Source: an uncultured bacterium (GTDB lineage: Bacteria; Krumholzibacteriota; Krumholzibacteriia; LZORAL124-64-63). Taken from it: DNA of 64,000 nucleotides. The translations under genes were made by a program, and so were the position numbers. Below the pieces are notes generated by a model. That model saw only the letters and a program-made list of their open reading frames with translations, did no database searches and had not been told where the DNA came from. The stretch is from positions 192,001 to 256,000 of the forward strand of contig CAVSZB010000007.1 of the NCBI GenBank assembly GCA_963732385.1, in the 5' to 3' direction. Shown here in pieces: positions 1 through 10,414 of this stretch. Every line of letters begins with the position of its first letter. Within the stretch, counting starts at the first letter, position 1.

Positions 1-430
1 GGGAGGCGCTGCGGCAGAGCACCGCGCCGCCCGACCCGGCCGGCGGCCGATCGCCCAGCGCCTGGCCGTGACGGATCGTCAGGCCGCTCACCCGCGAGCC
101 GTTGCCCTCGCCGTTCTGAAACTGCAGGCCGCGGTGCGGGGCGCGCCAGTCGTCTCCGGCGCAGTCGAGCACGCAGCGATCGGGATCGCCGCTGCGGGAG
201 CGCAGGCTGAGCGCCTTGCCCCGGAAGTCCAGATCGCGGTTGCCCTCGCCGGTGTAGATGCCGTCGTCCAGTTCGACCACGTCGCCTGGCGCGGCGGCGT
301 CGAGCGCCGCCTGGATGCGCGGCCAGGGGCCGGTGCCGTCGGGGGAGACGCGCAGGATCGCCGCCGGCGTCGCCCCGGCCTGGAACAGGCCGAGCAGCAG
401 CACGGCGGCTGTAAGGAGTCGCCGGCTCAT
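1..430 (-). CDS. Secreted right-handed parallel beta-helix (pectin-lyase-like) repeat protein, 5' part only (runs off the window)
   Basis: Not in the ORF track. Manual translation from ATG 430 gives MSRRLLTAAVLLLGLFQAGATPAAILRVSPDGTGPWPRIQAALDAAAPGDVVELDDGIYTGEGNRDLDFRGKALSLRS...VLDC...HRGLQFQNGE, open to base 1. It has a signal peptide and the IQAA/GxYTGxGNRDLDFxGK motif. The start overlaps the upstream stop (ATGA). Confidence 0.75.
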   Translation of the reverse strand, partial: MSRRLLTAAVLLLGLFQAGATPAAILRVSPDGTGPWPRIQAALDAAAPGDVVELDDGIYTGEGNRDLDFRGKALSLRSRSGDPDRCVLDCAGDDWRAPHRGLQFQNGEGNGSRVSGLTIRHGQALGDRPPAGSGGAVLCRSAS

Positions 431-2070
431 CGCGCCGCCTTCCCCTGGGTTGCCGGAAGAGCCTCGGCGGCGCCGGTGCCCTCGCGCAGGCGGTAGGCGG
501 CTCCGGGGCGGGGCAGGGTGACCCGTTCGGTCCGGCCGGACGGCCAGCGCACCTCGACGGTGAACGGGCCGGCTGCCGCGCCGATGCCGAAGTGCAGCGG
601 CTGGATGGCGCTCCCGAACGGCGTGGCCACGGAATCGACGCGGCGGACCTGCCGGCGGCCGTCGAGCGAGAGTTCCGCGGTCGCGCCGAGCGCCTGCGCC
701 GCACCGTCGGCGGGGGCCAGATCGAGAGTCACCCCGCGTTTATCCCGGCTCTGGTTGCGGTAGAGCACGAATGCGTCGCGCGGCAGCGGCGCATCGCCGC
801 CGCCATTGCCGGTCAGCAGATCGAGGTCGCCATCGCGGTCGAGATCGGCGGCCAGCAGCGACTCGGGGTGGCCGCCGGGCGGGCCGCCGCCACCCCAGCG
901 GACGGTTACGTCGGCGAAGTGCCCGGCGCCGTCGCCCCGCCAGATTCGGTTCAGGAGGCCGTCGGCTGGCTCGCGGCGGGCCACACAGAGATCGAGCGCG
1001 CCGTCGTTGTCGAAATCCGCGAGCAGGGCGGCCACCGGATCGCCGCCGCAGGCGAGTCCGGCGGTCGCGTCGGCGGGGATGAAGCGGGGGGCGCCAGGGG
1101 TCGATACGTTGAGCCACAACTCGACCGGTTCGCGTCGCGGCTCGATCTGAGGGTCCGGACGATGCAGCAACACGAGGTCCGCGTCGCCGTCACCGTCGAC
1201 ATCGCCGGCCGCGGCGTGGACCGGGACATGCGGCCAGAGCGCCGGTTTGAGCCCCGAAGCGACGGTGAGGTCACGCAGCCGAGCGCCGTCGTTCCACCAG
1301 AGCCCGCAGAATCCGGGGCGCCCGAGCGCGAGCAGGTCGGTGCGTCGGTCGCCGTCCAGATCGGTGGTGACGGCGGCGTGCGTCCAGGCGGAGCGGGCCC
1401 GCTCGTCCGGTCCGGGCGCGGGCCGGCCGGGCGCCCACAGATCGACTGCCGGTGGCGTCGGCAGGCGGCTGGTGGCGTCGTGCCAGGCGTGGCCGTCGAA
1501 TGCCAGCAGGCGGACCGCGCTCTGGTAGTTGAGCAGCAGCAGTTCGGGCCGCGCGTCGCCGTCGAAATCGGCCCAGAGCGCGCCGCGGCCGCGGCCGGTC
1601 GGATTGCCGGTGAGCGGATCGCCCGCCGCGGCGTCGCGAAAGCGCAGGGGGGCCAGCTGGACCCAGATCTGGCACCAGCCGAGGTCGGTGCCCTTCTCGG
1701 AGCCTCCGGCGATCCAGAGATCCCAGTCGCCGTCGCCGTCGAAATCGCACGGCGCCGCCGCGTGCTGGTCGCGCGGGCCGGACGGCAGTGCAGCGTCAGG
1801 CGGCGGCGGTGCAAAGCGCAGCCCGCCCCGGTTGAGACGCAGCTCGGGATGATCGCTGTGGAGCGACAGGAGAAGATCGGGCCAGCCGTCCCGGTCGAGG
1901 TCCGCCGGCACGGCGCCGTAGCTCTTGCCCGTTTCGGGCAGGTCGGAGTCGACCCGTCGGAACAGCTCGCCGTCGTCCGTCCGGCGGGCACAACCCGACG
2001 CGAGGGCGAAAATCGTCGCCAGCACCAGACCGCCGTGGACAGGCCACTTCCTCAAGCTTCCTCCGGACAT
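427..2070 (-). CDS. CRTAC1-family FG-GAP repeat lipoprotein with C-terminal ASPIC/UnbV domain
   Basis: Multiple DxDxDGxxD(L) repeats, C-terminal ALGA...LHFGIG...VEVRWPSG (ASPIC/UnbV), lipobox LASG-C. ATG 2070 preferred over TTG 2079. Confidence 0.85.
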   Translation of the reverse strand: MSGGSLRKWPVHGGLVLATIFALASGCARRTDDGELFRRVDSDLPETGKSYGAVPADLDRDGWPDLLLSLHSDHPELRLNRGGLRFAPPPPDAALPSGPRDQHAAAPCDFDGDGDWDLWIAGGSEKGTDLGWCQIWVQLAPLRFRDAAAGDPLTGNPTGRGRGALWADFDGDARPELLLLNYQSAVRLLAFDGHAWHDATSRLPTPPAVDLWAPGRPAPGPDERARSAWTHAAVTTDLDGDRRTDLLALGRPGFCGLWWNDGARLRDLTVASGLKPALWPHVPVHAAAGDVDGDGDADLVLLHRPDPQIEPRREPVELWLNVSTPGAPRFIPADATAGLACGGDPVAALLADFDNDGALDLCVARREPADGLLNRIWRGDGAGHFADVTVRWGGGGPPGGHPESLLAADLDRDGDLDLLTGNGGGDAPLPRDAFVLYRNQSRDKRGVTLDLAPADGAAQALGATAELSLDGRRQVRRVDSVATPFGSAIQPLHFGIGAAAGPFTVEVRWPSGRTERVTLPRPGAAYRLREGTGAAEALPATQGKAAR

Positions 2071-2205
2071 CGGTAGCAAGGCATAGCAAGCATAGAGTTA
2101 CGGGATCGGAGAAAACAACAGGCAATGTGACGTTCGTATCATGACATCATTATGACAAAATGGCGCTTTTATGACACGCAGGCCGGCGCTGGCCTAAAAA
2201 CACTC

Positions 2206-2233
2206 TTGCCAGGAGTAGCGGGACGGCTATATT
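2206..2233 (+). promoter_or_regulatory. sigma70-type promoter for groES-groEL
   Basis: TTGCCA (2206-2211)-N16-TATATT (2228-2233) in an AT-rich intergenic region. Confidence 0.55.
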
Positions 2234-2243
2234 GAGCCGGTGA

Positions 2244-2270
2244 TTGGCAGACGAGCACACCAAGTGCTGA
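2244..2270 (+). promoter_or_regulatory. Degenerate CIRCE (HrcA operator)
   Basis: TTGGCAGAC-N9-AAGTGCTGA versus consensus TTAGCACTC-N9-GAGTGCTAA: 13/18 matches with the exact 9-nt spacer, between the promoter and groES. Confidence 0.7.
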
Positions 2271-2313
2271 TATTGCCGTTCAAAATGCTGTAACGGGAAG
2301 GGAGGAGACCACG

Positions 2314-2601
2314 ATGAGCATGACCATCAAGCCGCTGGCTGACCGCGTTCTCGTCGAGCCGCTCGAGGGCGAGACCATGAAGGGTGGCATCATCATCCCC
2401 GACACCGCGAAGGAAAAACCGCAACAGGGCAAGGTCATCGCGGTGGGTCCAGGTCGCACGGGAGACGACGGCAAGCGCATCGCGCCCGAGGTGAAGAAGG
2501 GCGATACGGTGCTCTACGGCAAGTACTCCGGCACCGAAGTGTCGGTCACGGGCAAGGATTACCTCATCCTGCGCGAGGGCGACATTCTCGCCATTCTGTA
2601 A
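2314..2601 (+). CDS. groES: Co-chaperonin GroES
   Basis: [42 protein letters not shown]. Confidence 0.99.
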   Translation: MSMTIKPLADRVLVEPLEGETMKGGIIIPDTAKEKPQQGKVIAVGPGRTGDDGKRIAPEVKKGDTVLYGKYSGTEVSVTGKDYLILREGDILAIL

Positions 2602-2673
2602 TTGCGCCGGCGCCCCCTGTGGGCGCAGCCGGCTGAATGACACGGGATCAGCGACAGAGCTAAGGAGTGATGA

Positions 2674-4308
<1,635 letters not shown>

Positions 4309-4334
4309 ACGTCGGGCCTGCGCGACGGAGGTAC

Positions 4335-4367
4335 AAAGGGCGGTCTCCCCCGGGAGGCCGCCCTTTT
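4335..4367 (+). terminator. Rho-independent terminator after groEL
   Basis: AAAGGGCGGTCTCC-loop-GGAGGCCGCCCTTTT stem (one G-U pair) ending in a U-tract. Confidence 0.85.
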
Positions 4368-4376
4368 CGTTGTCAA

Positions 4377-4504
4377 CTCCGCCCGGCGAGGGGCGGGGGC
4401 GCGTCCGCTCGCGCGGCCGCGCGTCCACCGCTCGCCGGCTGCGCCGGCGGCAGTGGTCGCGCGGATGCGCTCCCGGGCGCGCCCCCGCCCCTCGCCGGGC
4501 GGAG
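4377..4504. repeat. 128-nt palindromic element with perfect 27-bp terminal inverted repeats
   Basis: CTCCGCCCGGCGAGGGGCGGGGGCGCG (4377-4403) is the exact reverse complement of 4478-4504; the interior also pairs. Confidence 0.85.
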
Positions 4505-4618
4505 GCGATGGCGGAAAAGGCGGCGACGTTGGCAGAGGAGGCGGCCGTTGACACGGCGTCGGGCGTGGCGATGCAAGCTGCCGTTGGCGGGTGGGGCAGG
4601 ATGGCCTAGATTCTGGGC

Positions 4619-5752
4619 ATGCGCATTCTGCAGATCGGGAAATACTATCCACCCAGCCGTGGGGGCATGGAGACGGTGCTGCGCCTCATGTGCGAGGGGC
4701 TGCTTGATCGCGGGCACGAGGTGACGGCGCTGGTTTCGGGGCAGGGGTGGAAAGATCGACGGGAAATGATCGCGGGGCCGCGATCGGGGCGCGAGGGGCG
4801 GTTGCTGCGGGCCGGCACGTCGGCGACGTTCAACGGGCAGCCGCTCTCGCCGGGGTTGCCAAGGCTGCTGGCGGGGGTGCTGCGCGACGAAGCGCCGGAT
4901 CTCGTCCAACTGCATCTGCCGCATCCGGCGGCGTGCGCGGCGGTGTTGTGGGCGTTGCCGCGCGGCGCGGGAGTCGGGCCGGCGCTGTGCGTCTGGTACC
5001 ACGCCGACATTACAAGGCAGCGTCTGGGAGCATGGCTCGTGCGACCGCTGATCCGCGCCTGTCTCGGGCGCGCGGATGGTGTGGCGGTTTCGACGGCGAC
5101 GTTGCGCGACCGCTCTTCGCTGCTGGCGTCGCACCGGGAGCGGGTGCGGGTGATTCCGTTCGGGATCGATGCCGACAGTTGGACCGCCTCGACACCGGCT
5201 CCGGACGGGCCGTTCCTCTTCGTGGGGCGTCTTGTCCATTACAAGGGGCTGCGGCTGCTGTTCGAAGCGGTGCGGCGTACGCCGGAGGCGCGTCTGGTCG
5301 TGGTGGGAGACGGATCGTTGCGGCGCGGCCTCGAACGGCAGGCAGGTGGCGAGGGGCTGGCCGGACGGGTGCGGTTCGCCGGGGAACTGTCGGACGGCGA
5401 CCTCCGGCGCGAGATGGGGGAGGCGCGAGCGCTGGTGCTGCCGAGCGACGGCGAGGGGGAGACCTTCGGGGTGGTGCAGCTCGAAGCGATGGCGGCGGGC
5501 CTGCCGGTGATCTCGACGCGGCTGCCGACCGGCGTGGCGGAGGTCAGCCGCGACGGCGAGACAGGGCGGGTCGTGCCGCCCGGCGACGCAGCGGCTTTGG
5601 CGGCGGCCCTGGCGGAGATCCTGGCTGCGCCCGCAACGGCGCGCGTCTGGGGCGAGGCGGGCCGGAGGCGGGTCGGCGCGCGGTTCGGACGTGACATGAT
5701 GCTCGACGCGCTTGAGGCGTGGTACGCCGAAGCGCGCGCGGGCCGGGGCTGA
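4619..5752 (+). CDS. GT4-family (GT-B) glycosyltransferase
   Basis: MRILQIGKYYPP..GGME, FVGRLVHYKG, ETFGVVQLEAMAAGLPVIST (ExF-x4-E motif). Confidence 0.92.
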   Translation: MRILQIGKYYPPSRGGMETVLRLMCEGLLDRGHEVTALVSGQGWKDRREMIAGPRSGREGRLLRAGTSATFNGQPLSPGLPRLLAGVLRDEAPDLVQLHLPHPAACAAVLWALPRGAGVGPALCVWYHADITRQRLGAWLVRPLIRACLGRADGVAVSTATLRDRSSLLASHRERVRVIPFGIDADSWTASTPAPDGPFLFVGRLVHYKGLRLLFEAVRRTPEARLVVVGDGSLRRGLERQAGGEGLAGRVRFAGELSDGDLRREMGEARALVLPSDGEGETFGVVQLEAMAAGLPVISTRLPTGVAEVSRDGETGRVVPPGDAAALAAALAEILAAPATARVWGEAGRRRVGARFGRDMMLDALEAWYAEARAGRG

Positions 5753-5764
5753 GGAGACGGCGGC

Positions 5765-6592
5765 ATGGAATTCTGCTTTCTCGACGCCTGGCACGACTTC
5801 CTCCCGCGCGAGGGGGGGCACGTGGTGGCGATCTGCGGCGGGGGCGGCAAGACGTTGATGCTGGCGGCGGCCGCGGCCGCGCTGCGGTCGTCCGGGACGC
5901 CGGTCGCGGTGACCACCACCACGCGCACCGAGCCGCTCACCTGGCCGGGGCTGCGGGTGGCCCCGTGGGCGGAGGTGGTGCGAGGCGCGCTGCGGGACGA
6001 GCCGCTGCTGTTCGTGCAGGGCGGAGAATTCGTGGACGGCAAGTGGCGCGGCCTCGCGCCGGCGGAGGCGGACGCTCTGGGCGGGTTGCTGCCGCGGCAC
6101 GTGGTTCTGGTCGAGGCGGACGGCAGCGCCGGGCTGCCGGTGAAAATCCACCGCGACGACGAGCCGGTCTGGCCGGCGCGCACCTCACTGGCGATCGTCG
6201 TGATGGGGCTCTCCGCCCTGGGGCGGCCGATCGGGACGGTGCTGCACCGGCACGGACGGCTGCCGGCGCCCGAGCTGCCGCGCGACCCGGAGGAAATCTG
6301 GAACTGGGAACTGATGTTCCGCCTGCTCCACGGCGCGGACGGCTATCTGGCGCGCGTGCCGGCCGGCGTGCCAGTGGTGGTGGCGCTGACCCAGCTGGCG
6401 ACCTGCGCCGACAGTGTCGGCCTGTTCGGCTTCTTGGCGCGTGTGATGGACGAGGCCGGCGTGCCGCTCGTGGTGCTGGGTGAACTGGCCGGCGAGCACC
6501 CTCACCTGCGGACCACCTGTCGCCTCGACGGCGCCGGAGCGTCGGCCGCGCCGCCGGGCGACGGGATGACGCCGCCGGTCGGCGCGCCGTGA
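5765..6592 (+). CDS. yqeC: Selenium-dependent molybdenum hydroxylase accessory protein YqeC
   Basis: GGGGKT, VTTTT and VEADGSAGLPVK...EP motifs; clustered with xdhC and yqeB. Confidence 0.85.
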   Translation: MEFCFLDAWHDFLPREGGHVVAICGGGGKTLMLAAAAAALRSSGTPVAVTTTTRTEPLTWPGLRVAPWAEVVRGALRDEPLLFVQGGEFVDGKWRGLAPAEADALGGLLPRHVVLVEADGSAGLPVKIHRDDEPVWPARTSLAIVVMGLSALGRPIGTVLHRHGRLPAPELPRDPEEIWNWELMFRLLHGADGYLARVPAGVPVVVALTQLATCADSVGLFGFLARVMDEAGVPLVVLGELAGEHPHLRTTCRLDGAGASAAPPGDGMTPPVGAP

Positions 6593-7230
6593 GCGCGCGC
6601 GGCGATCAGGGCGTCATTCTGGCGCGGGGCGAGTCGCGGCGCATGGGGCGGCCGAAGGGACTCTGCCCGTCGGGTCTGCCGGGGTTGAGCTGTCTCCAGG
6701 CCGTTGCCGACCTCTACGCCGCGGCCGGGTGGCCGCTGGCGGTGGTGACTACCGCGTCGTTGGCCGAGCTTTACCGCCCCCTGCTGCCCGACGGTCCGCC
6801 CGTGTCCTGGATCACGTGCTCCGGGGGGGGCGACACGGCGTTATCGGTCGTGGCGGCGCTCGAGGCGTTGGGCGAAACGGCGACGCATTTCTGGCTGCAC
6901 CCGGTCGATCTGCCACAGGTCGCGCCGGAAACGCTGGCGTGGCTGGCGGCGGCGTCGCGGCAGGCGCCGGGCTGCGTGCTGGTGCCGGAGCACGCGGGCG
7001 TGCCGGGACATCCGGTGGTGCTGCCGACGACGCCGTTCCTGTCGTTGTGCGGGACGCGCCCCGACGGTCCGATGCGGCCCCTGCTGCTCGCCGCCGCGCG
7101 CGGGGAGGGTCTGGCGCGGGCGCCGCTGCGCAGCGTGCCGGTGGCCGACCCCGGTGTCATTGCCGACCGCGACACACCAGGGGATCAGGGGACGGACGCG
7201 CTGATTCCGTTCGACGAGGGGGACCGATGA
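6589..7230 (+). CDS. mocA: MocA/YgfJ-like nucleotidyltransferase (molybdenum cofactor cytidylyltransferase-like)
   Basis: ILARGESRRMGRPK, PVDLP, GHPV, DRDTP motifs; 4-nt overlaps at both ends. Confidence 0.75.
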   Translation: MSARGDQGVILARGESRRMGRPKGLCPSGLPGLSCLQAVADLYAAAGWPLAVVTTASLAELYRPLLPDGPPVSWITCSGGGDTALSVVAALEALGETATHFWLHPVDLPQVAPETLAWLAAASRQAPGCVLVPEHAGVPGHPVVLPTTPFLSLCGTRPDGPMRPLLLAAARGEGLARAPLRSVPVADPGVIADRDTPGDQGTDALIPFDEGDR

Positions 7231-8108
7231 AAGAGTTGTATGCGTTGCTGGCCGACATGACAGCCCGCGGCGAGGGGGGCGCGGTGGCGACCGTGATCCG
7301 CACCGATCGCTCGGCGCCGCGCCACGAGGGGAGCAAACTCATCCTGCGCGGCGACGGCACGCTGGTCGGCAGCGTCGGCGGCGGCGGACTCGAGGCGCTC
7401 GTCGTCACGGCGGCACGGGAGGCGATGGCGGATGGCAAGTGCCGGCATCTGCGCTTCGACCTGAGCGGGGAGCTGTCGGCCTGCGGGGGCGAGGTGGAGG
7501 TGTTCGTGGAGCCGCTCGTGGAACAGCCCCCGTGCTGGATCTTCGGTGCCGGACACGTGGGGCGGGCGGTGGCCCTTCTCGGGCGCGACCTGCCGTTCAG
7601 CTTCACGGTGGTGGATGACCGCGCCGATCTGCTGGCCGATCTCGCGCCGGCGCGAGGGTTGGCCGCGACCCCGGCCGATCTGGCCACCCACCTGCACCCC
7701 ACGCCGCGCACGCTGGTCCTGTGTGCCACCCGTGGCCATCGGCTCGACGAGGAGTTTCTCGAGGCGCTGTTTGCGCTCGAGCGGGACGCCGGCGTGGAAG
7801 CCGCCTGGGTCGGCGTGATCGGCAGCCGGTCCAAGGCGGCGCAGTTGCGACGGCGTTTTACCGCCGACGTTCGCTGCGCGGAGCGCTGGCCCCGCGTGGT
7901 CGTGCCGGTGGGGCTGGCGATCGGCGCTGAGACTCCGGCGGAACTGGCGTTGAGCATCCTGGCGGAGTTGCTCGCGGTAACGCGAGGCGTGCCGTGGCTG
8001 AGTGACCTCGCGGGTCGTCCGCTCGGCATCTACCACCAGAGCCGGCGCCCCGTGCCGTCGGCGGGAGCTCCGGGCGAGCCGTCCGACGCGGCAGGGACGA
8101 CGCAGTGA
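7227..8108 (+). CDS. xdhC: XdhC/CoxI family xanthine dehydrogenase maturation factor
   Basis: Likely start is ATG 7227 (ATGA overlap). SAPRHEGSK, GSVGGGGLE, CGGEVEVFVEP, FGAGHVG, TRGHRLD, IGSRSK, GLAIGAETPAELALSI. Confidence 0.92.
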   Translation: MKELYALLADMTARGEGGAVATVIRTDRSAPRHEGSKLILRGDGTLVGSVGGGGLEALVVTAAREAMADGKCRHLRFDLSGELSACGGEVEVFVEPLVEQPPCWIFGAGHVGRAVALLGRDLPFSFTVVDDRADLLADLAPARGLAATPADLATHLHPTPRTLVLCATRGHRLDEEFLEALFALERDAGVEAAWVGVIGSRSKAAQLRRRFTADVRCAERWPRVVVPVGLAIGAETPAELALSILAELLAVTRGVPWLSDLAGRPLGIYHQSRRPVPSAGAPGEPSDAAGTTQ

Positions 8109-8923
8109 ACCGGTCGGGCCCGGGTGCCGGGGGGATCTGGATCCAGGGTGCCGGCGAGCTGGCCAGCGGGGTGGCGGTGCGGCTGTGGCGCCGCGGGTAT
8201 CGCGTCGTGATGGCGGAAGAAGCCGCGCCGCGAGCCGTGCGGCGGCTGGTCTCCTTCGCCGAGGCGGTGTACGCTGGGATGCAGGACGTGGAAGAGGTGC
8301 CTGGCGTTCTCGTCGAACGCGCCGACGCGTTCGACGGCGCGGGGGGGCCGGTCCTGGTCGTGGTCGATCCGGCGGGGAAGCAGCTGCGATGTCTGTGTCC
8401 GGCTGTCGTTGTCGATGCCCGTATGACCAAGCGCCCTCCCCTGCCCCTGCCGGAAGGCCCGTGGCCGGTCATCGGTCTGGGCCCCGGCTTTCGCTGCGGG
8501 AGCGAGGCGAGGTTCGTGGTGGAGACACAGCGGGGCCCACAGCTGGGGGCGCTGCTGGCCGAGGGGGAGGCCGCCCCCAACAGCGGCGTGCCGGGCCTGG
8601 TCGGCGGAGAGGATCGGCGACGACTGCTGCGTGCACCGGCCGCGGGGCGTTGCGTTTCGCGGTTCCGGATCGGTGATCTGGTGGCTGCTCAGGAGTGCGT
8701 GGGGGAGGTCGATGGCGTGCCGGTGATAAGCCGTCTGGACGGCCGCCTGCGAGGTCTGATCCACCCGGAGGTGGAACTTTCTGTGGGGGAAAAGGTTGGC
8801 GATGTGGATCCCCGCGGTCTCGATGTCGATCCAACGCGGATCTCGGATAAGGCACTGGCGGTGGGGGGAGGCGTGCTGCTGGCGCTCGCGCGGCTGGGTT
8901 TTGAGCCGGCCGTTGGAGGTTGA
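8105..8923 (+). CDS. yqeB: Selenium-dependent molybdenum hydroxylase system protein YqeB (EF2563 family)
   Basis: GAGELASGVAVRL, VRRLVSFAEAVY, VVDARMTKR, IGLGPGF, VETQRG, KVGDVDPRG, ISDKALAVGGGVL. Confidence 0.9.
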   Translation: MNRSGPGAGGIWIQGAGELASGVAVRLWRRGYRVVMAEEAAPRAVRRLVSFAEAVYAGMQDVEEVPGVLVERADAFDGAGGPVLVVVDPAGKQLRCLCPAVVVDARMTKRPPLPLPEGPWPVIGLGPGFRCGSEARFVVETQRGPQLGALLAEGEAAPNSGVPGLVGGEDRRRLLRAPAAGRCVSRFRIGDLVAAQECVGEVDGVPVISRLDGRLRGLIHPEVELSVGEKVGDVDPRGLDVDPTRISDKALAVGGGVLLALARLGFEPAVGG

Positions 8924-8927
8924 CCGA

Positions 8928-8957
8928 TTGACAGAAGATCCGCACTCTGACTATGTT
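8928..8957 (+). promoter_or_regulatory. sigma70-type promoter for the TPR gene
   Basis: TTGACA-N18-TATGTT. The ORF-track ATG 8953 lies inside the -10 box, so the true start is probably downstream. Confidence 0.55.
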
Positions 8958-9030
8958 ACACGTGAATCGCGCCCGATCCGCACCGGTGCCGGTCGTGGCG
9001 GGTGTCTCCCGACAGCCCGGAGGTTCCGCT

Positions 9031-10305
9031 TTGCGCAGGCTTGAGACTGTTTTCCGTGTTCGTGGTGTTCTGCCGCTGCTGTGCGTGCTGTTCTCCGTCG
9101 CCGCGCCGATCCTGCTGACCGGCGATGTTGCGCGGGCCGCCTGCAGCGAGTCCCATCAGCAGGAGGCGGAGCTGGCCTACGGAACCGCCAGCGAGTTCCT
9201 CACCGCCGGCAGGTGGATTGCTGCCATTCCCTCCCTGGAGTCGGCACAGAGCATCTGCCCGGAACACCTGAAGACGATCGAGGCGCTGGCCATGGCCTAC
9301 CGCGAGGCCGGCACCGCCACGAAGGCTCGCGCCGACTCCCTGAAGACAGCCGGGGCGGTCTCTGTCGCCGCCGAGGTCGATGCACGCGCCCAGGCTTTCT
9401 ACGAGAAATCGAAGGCCGCCTACGTACGGCTCATCGCGCAGCGCGGCAAAGAGATCGAGGCGGAGGATCTCGTCGGGCAAGGGCTGACACTCGTACGGAT
9501 GAAGGACTACCCTGGGGCGCGAGCGTCGTTTCTCAAGGCCCGGGCTCTGGCACCGGACGACTGCCAGATCCTGTTCAACCTGGGGATGATGCACTATTCC
9601 GTGCAGGATTTCCGCGGCGCCGTGGCGGTCATGGAGGAGGGGCTGCAGGACTGTCCGGATCTCGCCGACAAAATCTATCCGCGTCTCGCCGACGCGGCCA
9701 AGAAAGCCGCGGACAAGGAGTCGAAGATCGGCAACACCGCTGATGCGGCTCAGTACAACGCCAAGTACCAGGAGTACGCCAAGGAGTCGGGCGGCGGCAC
9801 GACTTTTTCGCTCGCCGTGCAGAAGATGAAGACCGGTCTCTACGAGGAAGCGATCGTCCTCTGGCGGCAGATTCTGGCGGAGAACCCCGGCAAGCAAGCA
9901 GCGCGTCTGAATCTGGCCAAGTGTCTGCGCGCCCGGGGAGAGCATGAGCAGGCGGTAGCCGCGTATCAGCAGTTCGTTCAAACCGATCCGGGGAACGCGC
10001 GGGCTCTCGCGGAACTGATCGAGGAATTGACCCTGCTCAATCGCTGCACCGAGGCGCAGACAGTGGCGCAGGAGGCGGTTCGGCAGCTCACACCCAGGGG
10101 GCAGCAGCACCTCGGTTGGATCTACTACTACTGGGGCGACGCGCTTGAGTGTGGGGGCGATTTCTCCGCTGCCAAGGAGAAGTTCCGGCTTGCCAGCAAT
10201 TCCGGCGATCCGGAGGTCCTGAAGGTTTCGTCGCGCAAGATCGAGCGGGAGGACCAGCTGCTCGAGCGCGAGAAGAAGCAGAAGGAGCAGGCGGCAGGCG
10301 GCTGA
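9031..10305 (+). CDS. Exported tetratricopeptide-repeat protein
   Basis: TTG 9031 follows RBS GGAGGT. Signal peptide ending DVARA|A, then TPR repeats (ILFNLGMMHY, ARLNLAKCL, IYYYWGDAL). Confidence 0.8.
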   Translation: MRRLETVFRVRGVLPLLCVLFSVAAPILLTGDVARAACSESHQQEAELAYGTASEFLTAGRWIAAIPSLESAQSICPEHLKTIEALAMAYREAGTATKARADSLKTAGAVSVAAEVDARAQAFYEKSKAAYVRLIAQRGKEIEAEDLVGQGLTLVRMKDYPGARASFLKARALAPDDCQILFNLGMMHYSVQDFRGAVAVMEEGLQDCPDLADKIYPRLADAAKKAADKESKIGNTADAAQYNAKYQEYAKESGGGTTFSLAVQKMKTGLYEEAIVLWRQILAENPGKQAARLNLAKCLRARGEHEQAVAAYQQFVQTDPGNARALAELIEELTLLNRCTEAQTVAQEAVRQLTPRGQQHLGWIYYYWGDALECGGDFSAAKEKFRLASNSGDPEVLKVSSRKIEREDQLLEREKKQKEQAAGG

Positions 10306-10333
10306 GCCGCGGCCGCGGTGCTCTGATAACGGC

Positions 10334-10366
10334 CGCCCGCGGGCAGGTGTGCCCGCGGGCGCTTTT
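10334..10366 (+). terminator. Probable intrinsic terminator
   Basis: 12-bp perfect stem CGCCCGCGGGCA-GGTG-TGCCCGCGGGCG followed by CTTTT. Confidence 0.6.
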
Positions 10367-10414
10367 CGGTCGGCCCCAAGGAGGCGACCGGCCCGCCGGG
10401 GCCGGCACGGTGCG

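Noticed and set aside
4548..4553. Perfect TTGACA upstream of the glycosyltransferase
   Set aside because: No acceptable -10 element at 16-18 nt spacing.
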